Assembly (NCBI GenBank): GCA_046563655.1
Contig: CM102286.1
Coordinates: 12,834,001 to 12,898,000 of the forward strand
Length of the DNA stretch: 64,000 bases
Origin: Yuukianura sp. NJ FZ-2021
Taxonomy: Eukaryota
Direction: 5' to 3'
The translations under genes and the position numbers were made by a program. Below the pieces are notes generated by a model, which searched no databases, was not told the DNA's origin, and saw nothing but the letters and a program-made list of their open reading frames with translations. Below are positions 51,753 to 64,000 of this stretch, in pieces (position 1 is the stretch's first letter; the number at the start of each line of letters is the position of its first letter).

Positions 51753-54700
51753 AAAATCATAAACCTCAAATTCAAAATAGAAAGAAAATGTGAAACAGTG
51801 TTTTGCAAAATGAAAAGGAAAATTTTTTTCGTGTTTTTCTTTCTTTTTTTTGAAAAATTTTGGAAATTTTGAAATCAGGCACATGACTAGCCGGAAGTAG
51901 ATTGTTCCGGTACATTAACTGTAACGCCCATTTAGTTGACTTGCTCAAATAAAAAATAAAAACAAGTTCACTTGTTCCTGTTCGCGGACAATTGCGTTAA
52001 TTGGTCTCTTAAATTTCTCTTTTCCGTGTTTTATTTTGCAACATTCAAATGTCAACAGCGCAATTTCTGATTCATACGAGGAGCGACCATGAAAAATTTT
52101 AAACTTGAATTTAGTTTACGTGTGATAAATTACCTTGCTGCTCCCATTTGTCAATGTTCATCAATTTGATTGTCCTGAAAGTCTACTGCTGCACAATGTC
52201 ACGCGGAAAAAAACGTTGCGAAAACAGGAAATTCGTCATTTTCTTGTCGTCTGTAAACAAGTCAACCTAAGTAGTGGTCAGGCAACCATGTCTCCGACAA
52301 CATCATGTATCCTCCATGTTCTGCTCTTGTCATTCAAAATACAAAGAAAAATCCTGCAGCAAAATTGCGCCAAAATTTAAAATCATAAAACGAAAATACT
52401 TAAAACAGCAGATAAAACATATTTAGAAAGTTCTTTCAATTTTTAGGACAAATCAAAATACAAATTTTCAAAATAACTCTAAACCATTTCTAAACTTAAA
52501 ACTCCATTGGACGTTCCACTACACAATGAATTTGCGCTTTGAAGTTTGTTAAAGCTATTGCTTAAAATAGGAGTAGTTTAAAACATGGTACATTGAAATT
52601 GGCACAATTAGCTGAGTAATAAAACATTTTAAATGAGGTGCAAATGTTACAGCGGTTCTGCGTCATCAATTAACATGCAGATTCACGTACACATGGTGGC
52701 ATCTTTTTGCTAATCGTTCAATTGCGTATTTTTCAATGTTCATTCATTGGAAACAAAGTTTAGTGGCTGTGGTTGGTAAATTTACAAGTGATTGGAAAAT
52801 GTGGTAGAGACAAATTGACAAGGAGTCAACGATTCCAAATTAGAGCTACGCAGGCCTTCGATCTGCGAAAAGTGCGAATGAACTTTTAACAATAGTTTCG
52901 TAATGAAAAAAATAGCGCGCCTTGAAACTAATTTGACTTGTACGTGTACCTCTGCGTGTAAGGGTCCCCGCCATGCGCCACAGATCTCGTCCTCGCTTAC
53001 TTAATTTTCATCTATTGTCATTTGAATGACGAGAAAACGATTACGCAATTTAACACTTTTTTGTAACATTTCATTATCTCCTCCAATTTTCTAGTGAAGA
53101 GATTCACCTCTTAAGTCAATCTTAAAAAGCCAATTTATTTTGTGACACATCAAAAGGTTTTGGAAAATTTGCAAATTTTTTTGTCCCATTAACAATGAAA
53201 TTTCTGGTTAATTCTGATCTGTTTTCAAGGTTAAGGTAATCTCGGGTGGTCCACTAAAAGAAAATAATTTATGAACCATTGTGTATATTTGGCATTTGAC
53301 GAGATTAGGATATGACGCTCAAGAGATGTTTTCTCAGCAACTGTCATTCAAATAAATTGCCCACTTCAGAGGAACAATGACAAATCATTTCTATTTGCAA
53401 TGACGCTCTAATGTCTTTCAATTGCTTTCTGTTTAAAAGAGATTTCTTAAAAAAATTATGGTTGAAGATGGAGGTAAAAATTGCTCATAAACTTTGCATT
53501 AGCGTCATTTCAAGTTGAAATTTTCAACCATGCCCAAATACCGTGATCGACCAAACTAATGACTCGCTTTGTTTTAAACAAATTGCAAAATACATAAAAT
53601 CAAAATGCAAACTGCAAATTCTACGTCTTTGGAAATTTGCGAAGATGGAATTTTAGGAATTTCCCGACGCACCGGGATAAACCGGTTTATTTTAACTAAT
53701 TCTGGTTTCAAATTAATTCATAACCAATAACTAACGGTACAAAAATTTAAAATTGAAAGATGCCTTTGCAAAATTGCAAACAAAAAGATGTCGCAGGAGG
53801 TCACTTAAAGAAATTTTGCTGTAGAACCTTGAACTGCGAAAAATAGCCGGAACCTCCACCTATGTTGGAAAAAAATTTAAGATCAGAATCTTATTGTTAA
53901 TGTTAATTATTTTTTTGTGATAATATATTTTATTAATAAGTTGAAGCCTAAGCTTTTTTTGTTTTTAAAACTTTCGAGCGTGACCCATCAGAAATCAAAT
54001 CTTCCTCGAACCATGACAAAACAGAAAAAAAGAAGCTTTTAAGCGAAAGTTTGGCGTCCATGTATTTTTTTCTATGTATCTCGGTTGATAAGTTCTAAGT
54101 AAATTTTATTTTCATTGTTACAGAGCCCAACCCCATTTAGATTTGGTGGTGGTACAGGACCCACCACCATAAGTAAAGCACAGTTTAGTTCAACAATGGC
54201 GATAAGGAAGAGAGCAGTTAGTTTCGCAACAACGGTGATCATCCATCGGTCACGTCCTTGTTACTTTTTGCATCTTTGCCAACAATTTGCAAACGCCAGT
54301 TGAGCTTGGATTTAGTTTTTCGAAATCACAAATCCCTGAGCCCTGCGTACGACAAGCTATCAATCAGATTTGCAAAATTTTTGCAACTTTGCACCTACCA
54401 AAGAGATCCTGTTTTGATTTCCCACCTTCCCAAATCTTCCGTTGGAGTTGATAACCTCTTTTCAACTTTTTTTTTCCTGCATCTTTCGAGTTTAGTTACT
54501 CCAAACTTTCATTTTTCGCATACAGACTTCCCTTCTCGTCGATTCTAGCACAAGAGCTTACTCTTGTGCAATAATTCCAAAAGAATTAGTTCACATCTGC
54601 AGTTGAGGAAGATTTTGCAAATAAACGCATCATCAACCACTTTAGTCTCCTAAAACTCTTCACCTTAGCGTCAGTGGCGTCTGAGTGTCATTTTGTGCTT

Positions 54701-55362
54701 CCATTTTTATAGACTTATAGTTTGTATTTGTGTTTTCAATTTATATTTCCCTCTTAAACCTTGGCTTATTCCCAACCCAAAAAAGATTTAGTACCAAGTA
54801 TCGTTTGGTATTCGCTCTTAAATAGCACTTGTGTATTGTTACAACAAAGAATAGGAATAGATAAGTTAGGTTCACTTTTGCCTTGTACGAGCTCATGGTG
54901 TGGTTAAACTTATTGTGTAAATAGATTTCTTGAGGGTAAAACAAACGACAGAGATAGTAAGTTAAGGTTTTAGAACCGTCCTCACCAACGACACGGTCGT
55001 CATTCTCTGTTTGAACTTTGGATGTACAACTACTTTTTCAACTAAAAGTGACCTCAACTAACTGTCAATTTTTTCAAAAAGTCACGTAGCCTGTGTTAAT
55101 TTTTAGAAAAAGTGGAACAAAATTCATCCTCAAAATTCAGTCTGTGCCACATGCACAAATTTGTGCTTTTGGAGAAATCTCAAAACAGAGATTTTTTCAA
55201 TGTCTGAGTATCTACATTGTTGTGTAACTGACCGAATGGAGTTGTAACAATTCAAGCTTAGCTTTTGTGACGGTTTTGGACAGTTAGGTTAACTTTTAGG
55301 AAGTAAATAGTTACTTCCTCCACCGTTCACTTCCTGTCAACCTCCTCTAAAAAACTTTTACG

Positions 55363-57740
55363 ATGAACCTGCTGTCACTAAAACTAATTGTGCTTGGAGT
55401 TTCGGGTGCGTTGCGTCTGTTCTTCGGTCTCATTCCACTCCTACTTTTTCGGAGTTTGGCTTCAAATGTGTCTGGTAAGCATGGGAATCGGATCCTCAAG
55501 TATGTGATTTCAGTGCTAATGTTCTTCGGTGGTGGAGTTCTGCTTGCAACGTGCTTTCTGCACATGATGCCAGAGGTACGCTCATCCTTCTCCAGTGCGG
55601 CTTTGAACACGGATCTTCCAGTTCCAGAACTGATTTTCATCGCAGGATTTTTTCTGGTCTATCTCCTAGAAGAAACCGTCCATACAATCATCCATCGCAG
55701 ACGACGTTCCAAGATCAAATCAGGCACTGGAACGAAGAATAAACTTCAATTCCAGCACCAGACCAAGACCAAACTCACTCACGATGAATTTTACCTTTCA
55801 CCGCCCTCCAATCACCACCACCAAATGAATGGTGTCAACCGAAGTGTTAATGGAATTGACCAAAACGACGGGCGTCTCATTCTCCCGCGCGTGCGCACTA
55901 CAAACTCCAGCGTCGTATCGAGTCCAAATCCAAACTTTTCCAAGATCGATCCTGATTGGTGGAGAGACACCGTGGAAGGAAACAGTCAGATGACTTTGGT
56001 TTCCAGTTCAGGTCTAAGCATATCCACTCTGGACGATGTCGCTCTAAATGTCAACGGAGCAGCAAAAATGTACGGCAGTGGACCGATGACCCCGAGCTCC
56101 TCAGAGACTTCTAGAGGTCAAAGGTCACCTGAATGGAGTCCCACTCCATCTTCCAAAAGTGACCACGAAGATCACTCTCATATTCCGCTGGGAATGGATG
56201 ATGAGTCAGTAGCTTCTACCATAAGAAATCTTCTGATTGTCGTAGCCCTCTCGTTTCATGGCGTCTTTGAAGGCCTGGCAATTGGCCTCCAAGGGACGGA
56301 GAAAGACGTTTGGGCCCTGTTCCTCGCCGTGTCACTTCACGAGTGCACGATCCTCTTTTGCATTGGAGTGGAACTGATTTCTGCTCAAACAAAGGTGATC
56401 CGAATGATAACCTACATTACTGTCGTCAGCCTCGTGAGTCCTCTAGGAATTGCCATTGGAATCGTAATTTCAGAAAATGCGGTGGCTGAATCCGTGGCTC
56501 AAACACTTCTAGTTGGATCTCTCCAGGCAAGCACATAACTTTTTTTCCAGGATTCCGTGGAATCTTGTTCCAGGAGTTCCGCAGTAACTACTTTAACACA
56601 TAATTAAGGTCATCCCATGGGACTGGAATCTCAATTTCCCCAAAATGGCTTCCAATTCCCTGCTCTGATTTTAGATTTCATGATGCCTGGGCAGAATCAA
56701 GATCATGATCAACCGAAATTTCGATTTTCTTCAGAGAAAGTCAAAATTTTGGTTGACTTTTGATGTATTGCTTTCCCCGTATGCGGTATTTTCAAATTTT
56801 AGATAATCGCTTAAGCGCTGTCTAGAGACCGGCTCCAGGGCTGATGTTAGTTTGCATGATGAGAAACGCTGGAAAGATAGAAGGTCAATGCTTTAATTGA
56901 TGCGATGACCTCGACAACTTTCCTGATTAGGTTATTTAAGGTTAGGTGACATAATTTATTGTATATAGCTGCCGGCTATACATGAAATGACTAACACCTA
57001 GAGGTCACAGCGGTCACAGTCAATGTAGAAACAAAAACAGTAAGGTCACCAAAGGTCACTGGAATCAAAATATTGAAAGAGTCAAAATCCTCTTACGAAT
57101 TCAGCAGCTTGTTTGTTAGATTAGGAATCATGTCGGTTGATGATGAAAGTGTTGCATGTTAGGAGATAGGTTACGTTAATTTGCTACAATGAGGAAAACA
57201 TACATTAGAATCCAATTTGGCATTGTGATTAGGCTAATTATTGTAGTTGCGTAATTAGTTATGTTGACGAATTACATTTTGATGAAAAGCGCAAATTATT
57301 TCATTGTTTTTATTTTCTTTTCAGGGATTGGCTGCTGGAACGCTACTCTACGTTACCTTTTTTGAAATTTTTGCAGCCGAGGGGCGTAAACTCCATAATA
57401 AATTTATACATATCCTGGTAGCTATCGTAGGATTTGTGATGATGGCCTCGCTGGAACTTCTCGGTAACTCTAACCAACAGTTTGAAAGAATTAGTTAGTA
57501 CTTAATCGTGACTTGTCAATTGACGACTCAATTCTCTGATTGCTAGGAGGTCATGAACACGCTGGAGGTGGAGCTGGACATGACCATGACCATGCTAAAT
57601 TAATTGTGAATCATTCTGGTACAGAAGATCATCATCATGACCTTGGAGGCAGCGGTGGAAACAGTTTTGACCTTGGTGGGTCCAATGGTGGCTTTGGGTT
57701 GGTGGATCATGATCATGATCATGAAGGTCACGTCCACTAA
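55363..57740 (+). CDS. ZIP (SLC39) zinc/iron transporter, subfamily II (ZIP1/2/3-like), ~498 aa; exons 55363-56526, 57325-57463, 57547-57740
   Basis: Motifs FGGGVLLATCFLHMMPE, ALSFHGVFEGLAIG, AVSLHE, SPLGIAIG and LQ|GLAAGTLLYVTFFE. Long TM3-4 loop with His motifs. Intron 1 is GC-AG and intron 2 is GT-AG. Total 1497 nt in frame. Confidence 0.93.
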
Positions 57741-59357
57741 AATAAAATGACTTTTAGACTGTGATAAATTAAGTCCAATAATGATAGTTGCATGGAAGTC
57801 TTCCATAAGTTAATTTTATGTTTTGTGAAAAAAGTAACATTTTTGTGGTAACAATTAAAATAAGGTGGTATATGGTGCAACTTAATATTTTGAAATCTAA
57901 AAGTCAAATTTCTAAATTAAAAAAATTATCTTTTTAGAAAACGTGGGGAAAGTTAGCTTTTACTATTGTAGTGAACAGAAAAATATTTATGCGATTAATT
58001 CTGATGCGGCAATGCACTCTAAACTAATTTCGGAAACACGCTCAGTTGTGCAATAAACTGAAATATATCTAGTAGTACTAGGAAATCGTTTCCCTTGAAA
58101 ATGTTTTTCAAAATTTTGAAAAATGATGAATCAATAAAAAATGTTTCCTAAAACAAACGATTTTATTAATTATAATAATTTTTCTTAACAATAATAATGT
58201 TTACTTTTTAATTCTTTTTCGCGTTACAGTTAAAATTTATCTTTTACGGAACTTTACAACTACCGAGTAACATTTTTTATTTTTTTTTTGTTTCTAAAAA
58301 ATTGGAATTTGATTAATAATCTTTACATAATTCTTAGAATTTTAGGAATAATAAACTTATATTAGTATTTTTGCACTGATTTTGATTGTTTTCGCTGCTG
58401 CATTTGTGTAAACTTTTTCTTTACCCAAAAAAAGATTTGAAGAAAGGCCTGTTTTAGTGTTGAATTAGAAAAGTTCACTTTCACTTGACGTGGATCGACG
58501 GTTTAAAAGTAAAAGAAGTCATTTTCAAAAATCGGATTTTTCTAGAAAACAGAGCAGGAAGAAAGTGAAGTTCGGAGTGTTTCATAATCTTGAAAATTTG
58601 ATTTTGGTGAGTGAGAAAATCCGACAGCTTCTGAAAACAAAAGAAAGTGGAACCAGATTGAAAAGCATGTCATGAATTCTAAGGACCCAGGGGCCCTTAA
58701 TGCCCACTTGAGATTCATTCCATACCGTTCTGGGACAAACTCTAGTCCTTGTTTTCTCATCAATGTAAAAGGCATAGAGTGCCCTTGAGGTCAAAGGTCA
58801 AACTTTTATCTTAAAAGGCTTACCTTGAAGCGTCTGGATTTCCAAAACTTCATTTTTGGAAAACTCGGTTCGATATTTTTCAGAACAGTTCAATATCTAT
58901 GTGGGGGACGATTACACTTAAGTATTGAAAAAATATCACACGAAAAACGGTTAAGAGTATGAAGGGTAAATTTTTCACAAACTTTCACTTTTTTCTTCTC
59001 ACTTTTTTGTAAACTATAAATCTCAATTCCAATTTCGGAAAACGACAGTTTCCTCAGCACACTCAGGTTACGAAACTTACACTTGAGGGATCAATTGTTA
59101 TTAGTCTCACCGTAGATACGACGATGGCGTGTAGTTTTTTGTAAGTATGGAAGGAGAGATAGGTCAATGACCTGAAAATGTTCGGGGTCAATGACCCCAA
59201 AATGGCTGAGGTTATCGATGCTTCTTTTGGTAGTAATAATTTGACTTGTGGAGAAATATAAAGTAGGTCATTGGATTTTGGAATGTAATTTATGTCCATT
59301 GAGCTTAAAATTAAGTACATAACTTTTCGCCGGAACTTCGGAAATTTGCAGCACCTT

Positions 59358-62300
59358 CTATGTTTGCACTGCTACTCCGTTTCCCGGGAAGTTTAAATGG
59401 GAAGTCAAATATGATGCGGCGAGGATGCTTGATAGGATTGAGAAGAGTAGAAGGTGATGATTCAATATTCGACTGGCCGAGCCCGTTTGCATTGCTGCTG
59501 GTCTTTCACCTAAAAAAGCAAAAAGTCCCACCAAAAATTGAAAAAACGGCCAAATCTTAAAAAATGGCGGGTGAAAGTGGAAGTGAAAGGACTTTGGAAC
59601 CTTGGCGACACAATCCGAAAAATGCAATTTATTTAATTTGGCGGATTCCTTTCGAGAAAGAGAGAAAGAGCAGGAGAAAATGGCGGCAAAAGAGAAATCT
59701 ATCTGTCCAAAGGGAAAGGGGCGGGAGACTTTAAATCTTGTGATTTTCTTTAGTCGCTGGAAGGGTTTTTGTGTTCAATTCAATGTGAAGGAAATGCTGT
59801 AGCATTAGGTTAGTGTTAGGCTAGGTTTTTGTTCCAACCTTACCATTTAGGACATGGACACGGACACTGGCAACGTCAGCATTACTGGGAGAACAGCTGT
59901 ACTTGCCCGAATCACTTACAGTAGCGTCTTGAATAAGGAGATAGGAAGTGGTCGTTTCGCCCTTTTCAGTTATCACACTCACTCCTCCACGTTCAGAGTT
60001 GTAATTTATCACCTGAAAAGGTCAACCAAAGGTCAACGTACTATGTCACATCAGTCTCGGACTTTCTCTGGAGAAAGCATTTGTTACAAGGCTACAAGAA
60101 GCTTAACCTAACCTTATACTAGTACTGTGTAAGCTGTAGTTCAAGTCTAGGAGAAAGTACATCCTGCTTTCTAACCTAAACCTCCCGCTGAAAAATGGCT
60201 TCTGGTTAGGTTATGTTCCTAAAACCTAAAGTTATTTGGTAAAGTTAGGCTAACCTCGTCGTAGTGGTACCAGAAAATGTAGGAGGGTGGTTCTGGACTG
60301 TACTTGATGATGCACGTTAGGTTAATCATACTCCCTTTGTCAACGTGTAGATCCGGAGCACCGAGAATAGAAGCTGTAGGCACTGAAAAGCACAAACAAA
60401 ACAATCAAATTATACTTCCGCATCCTCCGTCCTCCCTACTGCGTTTCCTGTTATAGTAAACAACCTAAACGAGACTAAAATCCGTAATCAGTTTTCACTT
60501 TCCAACCAAAATGTACAGGGTGGTCCACAAAATCAGAAGCAGACAAGGGTATGTTCGGTAGACAAAACACGAAAATTGCTTTCTCTTTTGTTATTTTAAC
60601 TGGAGATTGCTGTACATCCGTAGTAAATGGTTTAAAGGAAGCCTCGGAGGTTGTTGGCCCCTGGAGAGCCAGCAATCCAGGAAATCTCTGAGGTCACTTT
60701 CTCCTCCTGCTCATTGCAATTAATTTGTCGACTTTAGAATTCTAGAGAGCCAGGATTCTACTAGATTTGAGAAGAGGCTAGAAAATGTTTGGGAGTAATT
60801 GCTCAAGTATATGTAAAGTATCTACTAGCTTTGTGATTTGCTGGGATTGAGAGGAGTTGAAGTGCAGAGGGAGACTTGAAGGGTCTTAGCCCTGGTGAAA
60901 GTGGGATCTAATTTGGAGACGCCGTTAGAAATTTTGTTGAAATTGGAGGAGACTTGAGGCTTTTGACTTCAAGTTGAAGTCTAGTCTTGGCTGGGGAGAT
61001 TAGTGAATTTCTTACGCCTCGCCTGTTTCTTCCTCCCTGAGTAGTAGAATGAATGCAAATTAGGAGTGGAGAACCATTAATGCAAAATACTCACATTGGA
61101 CTTCAATTTTATTAAGGAGGAAGCAGGGAAATAGAGACACTTTCCCTTTCTTATGCTAATTCCTCCAGGAATGGAACCTTTCTTTTCCTGGAAGGTCTGG
61201 AGCTGCCCTTTACTTTCATTACAGCACTTATGAGCTTTCTTCCAGCCCACTTTCACTTTTTTGAGGCAACTTTTACTTTTTTTGCTTTTACTTTTTTTGA
61301 GAAGTTAACAATTCAGGCTGAATGGCCCATTCCGAATGTCCTGCTTCCAACTTTTACAAATTTCGCTGCGCAAGGCACGAAAAAAGTCCATTTTGATCAC
61401 GGACTAATCAAAGTCTTTCATTTCCTTTACTAATCCTTTAACGTCTCACCGAATTTTTTTCAAAATCATTTTGGAAAAAGTTGCTCGAAAAATACTTCCT
61501 AGAGTAAATCGCTGAAAATTGTGTTTTAGGAGAAAGTCGTGCAAAAATTTGTTTGGAAGGAATGTCGTAGAATTTTTTGAGAAAGTCGCTGAAAATTAGT
61601 TTTGGGGGAAATCACTCAAATCTTAAAGAAAATTTTGGCGGGAAAGGCAGTGCTGTGTTGGTAATTGTAAATGGAGGATTTTATAGTTGTAGACTTTTGA
61701 AACGAGGGAATTATGTCTATGAAAAGTGACAGGGCCAATGTTCCCACGAGGAAGGAAAAGCTAATGTCCAGAACTTTTAGAGCTGGAAAACGATGTGTCT
61801 TAATTCAAATCTCGACTCGAGAGAAAACGCTTGAGCGTTTCCTAAGACGCTTGAAGCGTCTAGAGAGTCCAACGGCCTCGTAAGACTTTCATTTTCAAGA
61901 GAAAGTCAGTGCTGGGCTGCTGAGGCACTGGAGCTAGCATCAATCTAATCAAAAAGTTAACGGGGGGAAAGTGCCGTTGAGGCAGAAGGAAAATTCTGAG
62001 TCCCTTTCAGTCATTGGAGGAAGAAGGGAAAGCCTTAAGCGGATCCATGGACGTGAATTATAACATTTAACTTTTGTCGTCAACTTTTCCTTTTTGGAGT
62101 TTGGCGGGAAAGTGACTTGCGCTTAAAAACTTGGGCAGAAAGACTAGTTACTTCTGGCTCCGTTTTTACTTTTGGGACTGGTGGGTTCAGAGCATATATT
62201 GAGATTGTTATAATATTTCACATTTAAAAAGTTTTCGCGCCCATCCTGCCAGAACTGTCAGTCGACAAATAACTCAAGTCACGGATTTTTAGGTCTTTTC

Positions 62301-62901
62301 TTTCTACTTTTAGTCCTTTGGCTCCTAAGCATTTATTAAGTTCAAGTCTCAACTACACTTTTCATGGCTAATGACCTCTTGGCGTCAAGAGAACAGTGTG
62401 AGGCTTTCAAGGACTTTAAAAAAAAGTATCAACTTTTTCAAAAATTTTAAATGTACTTTTGTGACTTGTGTAGAATGTGTAGAGACGGACCAGTATCTGG
62501 AGATTTATCGTGTGTTTTCCAAATGGAAGAATAAAACTTACCAACGACGTTGAGGTTAACGTAGAAACTACGGTGCGGTTGTGTACTGATTTGACATTCG
62601 TAGATTCCCTGCAAAGTATAATTTTAAATTTAAAGTTAATCTCGATAGTGCTAATCAGTTAACTTTCAAATGCAATCACTATAGCGCTAGATTGGAATCG
62701 ATATGTGGCATAGCATAATTTACATTTAAGTAAACGATGCTTTAAGAAAGTACTTACGGCGTCACGCTTCTGTGTATATTTGATCTGAAGCGTCCATTCC
62801 TCTGTTGCTCTTTGGTGATTGGCTTGAAATCGTTGGTCACTCGTGTATGTGTATGTACCCACCGTTAGGATATGAATATCCCTATGACGCACCCACGACA
62901 C
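59358..62901 (-). CDS. dpr6: Dpr-family two-Ig cell-recognition protein, dpr6/dpr10-like (5' exons beyond the right edge); exons 62901-62758, 62608-62542, 60382-60255, 60012-59844, 59509-59358
   Basis: The exons splice in frame to VSWVRHRDIHILTVGTYTYTSDQRF...WTLQIKYTQKRDAGIYECQISTQP...LNVVVPTASILGAPDLHVDKGSMINLTC...DSGKYSCSPSNADVASVRVHVLNGERPAAMQTG, followed by a hydrophobic GPI-signal-like tail. This is very close to my recollection of Drosophila Dpr6; orthology versus Dpr10 is unresolved. Confidence 0.92.
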
Positions 62902-63519
62902 CTATAATTAAACAAAACAAATTAATTAATAATTAATTAAATATTAATAAACTTTAAATTAAGAGAAAGGCTGCTTGCCAAATTCAAAGCGCAGAATGAT
63001 TTGCCCAAATAGTAAATTGTACCAAAAAGTTGTGCAGCGTTACTGCAAGTAATTCACACTTCGGCGTAAAAGTTGTGCATACAAATATTTTCACGCCAAC
63101 AAAATTTAGCAATCGTTGTGGTGATATGCACCAAACGTGATTTGTATTCCATTTGATCGTGCATTTTATGAAACTGTTTTAACACAGTTGTTATAGCAAT
63201 CTGCACATTTTTGTGGATGCGCTAATTGTCTGCACCTTTTTTAACGGCATTCATTTTGAGTTGGCAGTTTTGCTTGAGGACGAAGCGTTCTTCAACGAAA
63301 ATGTACAACCGGCAAAGTAAATTGGTGTGTTGCATTTGCTTGCTCAGGAGGCCATTCAAGATTTTGTTGTGCACAACTATGATATGCACAATTGTGCATA
63401 CTGAGAAAACAGAATACCTCCGGAGTTTTGAATTCATGACGTTTGAACCTTGAACTTTTGAACACTGAAGCGTTCTCTATTCGTGGGAGGCAAAATAAAT
63501 TTTTAGTAAGAACCGCTAG

Positions 63520-64000
63520 CAACATTGTAAAAATGTGTTTGTATGCGTTTTTCCCCCGGATTTTTGTTCCGGATATAAATCCGGATTTTTGACGGATTCG
63601 GATTCTTACAAAACCGGATTTGAAAAAAAACAAACAATGAAATCCGAATTGGACGGATTTTTTTGTCCCAAATTGACGTCGAAAACCGAAAATCTGAGTA
63701 CAAATAAAAAATCTTTTTGAACCTTTTTTTTTTTGAAATTTTGTGCAAGCGGTTTTGCTGTTACCACTGCTTTTCAGGTAAGCTGAATTGGCTTGAAAAT
63801 CTGTGGCTAAAGGTAGCATTCCTGCGGCCCGTTATCAATAATTTTTTTTGGTACTTGATTATAACACCAGTCGTTCATAATTTTGAAAAACTAAAGAAAA
63901 ATTCGTAAGGGAAATCCTACGTATTCTGAACTCCGGATTTGAATCCGGATTTTTTCATGAAAATCCGTCAAAATCTGAAATCCGGATTTTTCCAAAGCGG
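63520..64000. mobile_element. Probable non-autonomous DNA transposon with AATCCGGATT subterminal arrays, reaching the window edge
   Basis: Two clusters of (AA)ATCCGGATT(TT)-like motifs at ~63555-63665 and ~63930-63995 flank unique sequence. The putative TIR is weak (about 12/18). The right flank and TSD are not visible. Confidence 0.55.

Noticed and set aside
63292..63819. 175-aa minus-strand ORF
   Set aside because: No recognisable domain, non-ATG start, and it overlaps the TCCGGA repeat element and poly-A/T runs.

Overview
Eukaryotic, AT-rich arthropod genomic DNA with spliceosomal GT-AG introns, many only 60-90 nt long. A hexapod such as a springtail is my guess, not something the sequence proves. 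There is no prokaryotic system, CRISPR array, rRNA or tRNA. I built six intron-containing gene models by hand. (1) A Dpr-family Ig cell-recognition gene on the minus strand: signal-peptide exon 20936-21026, a ~17.6 kb intron, Ig1 exon 3021-3331, and no further exons found. (2) A small secreted single PAN/apple-domain protein (43285-43716, +). (3) An 8-finger C2H2 zinc-finger protein (46442-48124, -). (4) A 9-exon CFAP53/CCDC11-like ciliary protein (48826-51515, -). (5) A ZIP/SLC39 zinc transporter with a GC-AG intron and a His-rich C-terminal exon (55363-57740, +). (6) The last five exons of a dpr6/dpr10-like gene (59358-62901, -). The non-coding DNA holds several non-autonomous DNA transposons: five related CAAGGTT-ended MITEs, an 876-bp hAT-like element with a perfect 8-bp target-site duplication, a Tc1/mariner-type MITE carrying an 11-bp minisatellite, and a probable element at the right edge. 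The best leads are matching RFX X-box plus forkhead modules upstream of both CFAP53 and the adjacent zinc-finger gene, a MITE carrying ~15 copies of the MTF-1 metal-response core TGCGCAC, and the PAN/apple gene as a horizontal-transfer candidate. Homology calls rest on recalled motifs; no searches were run.
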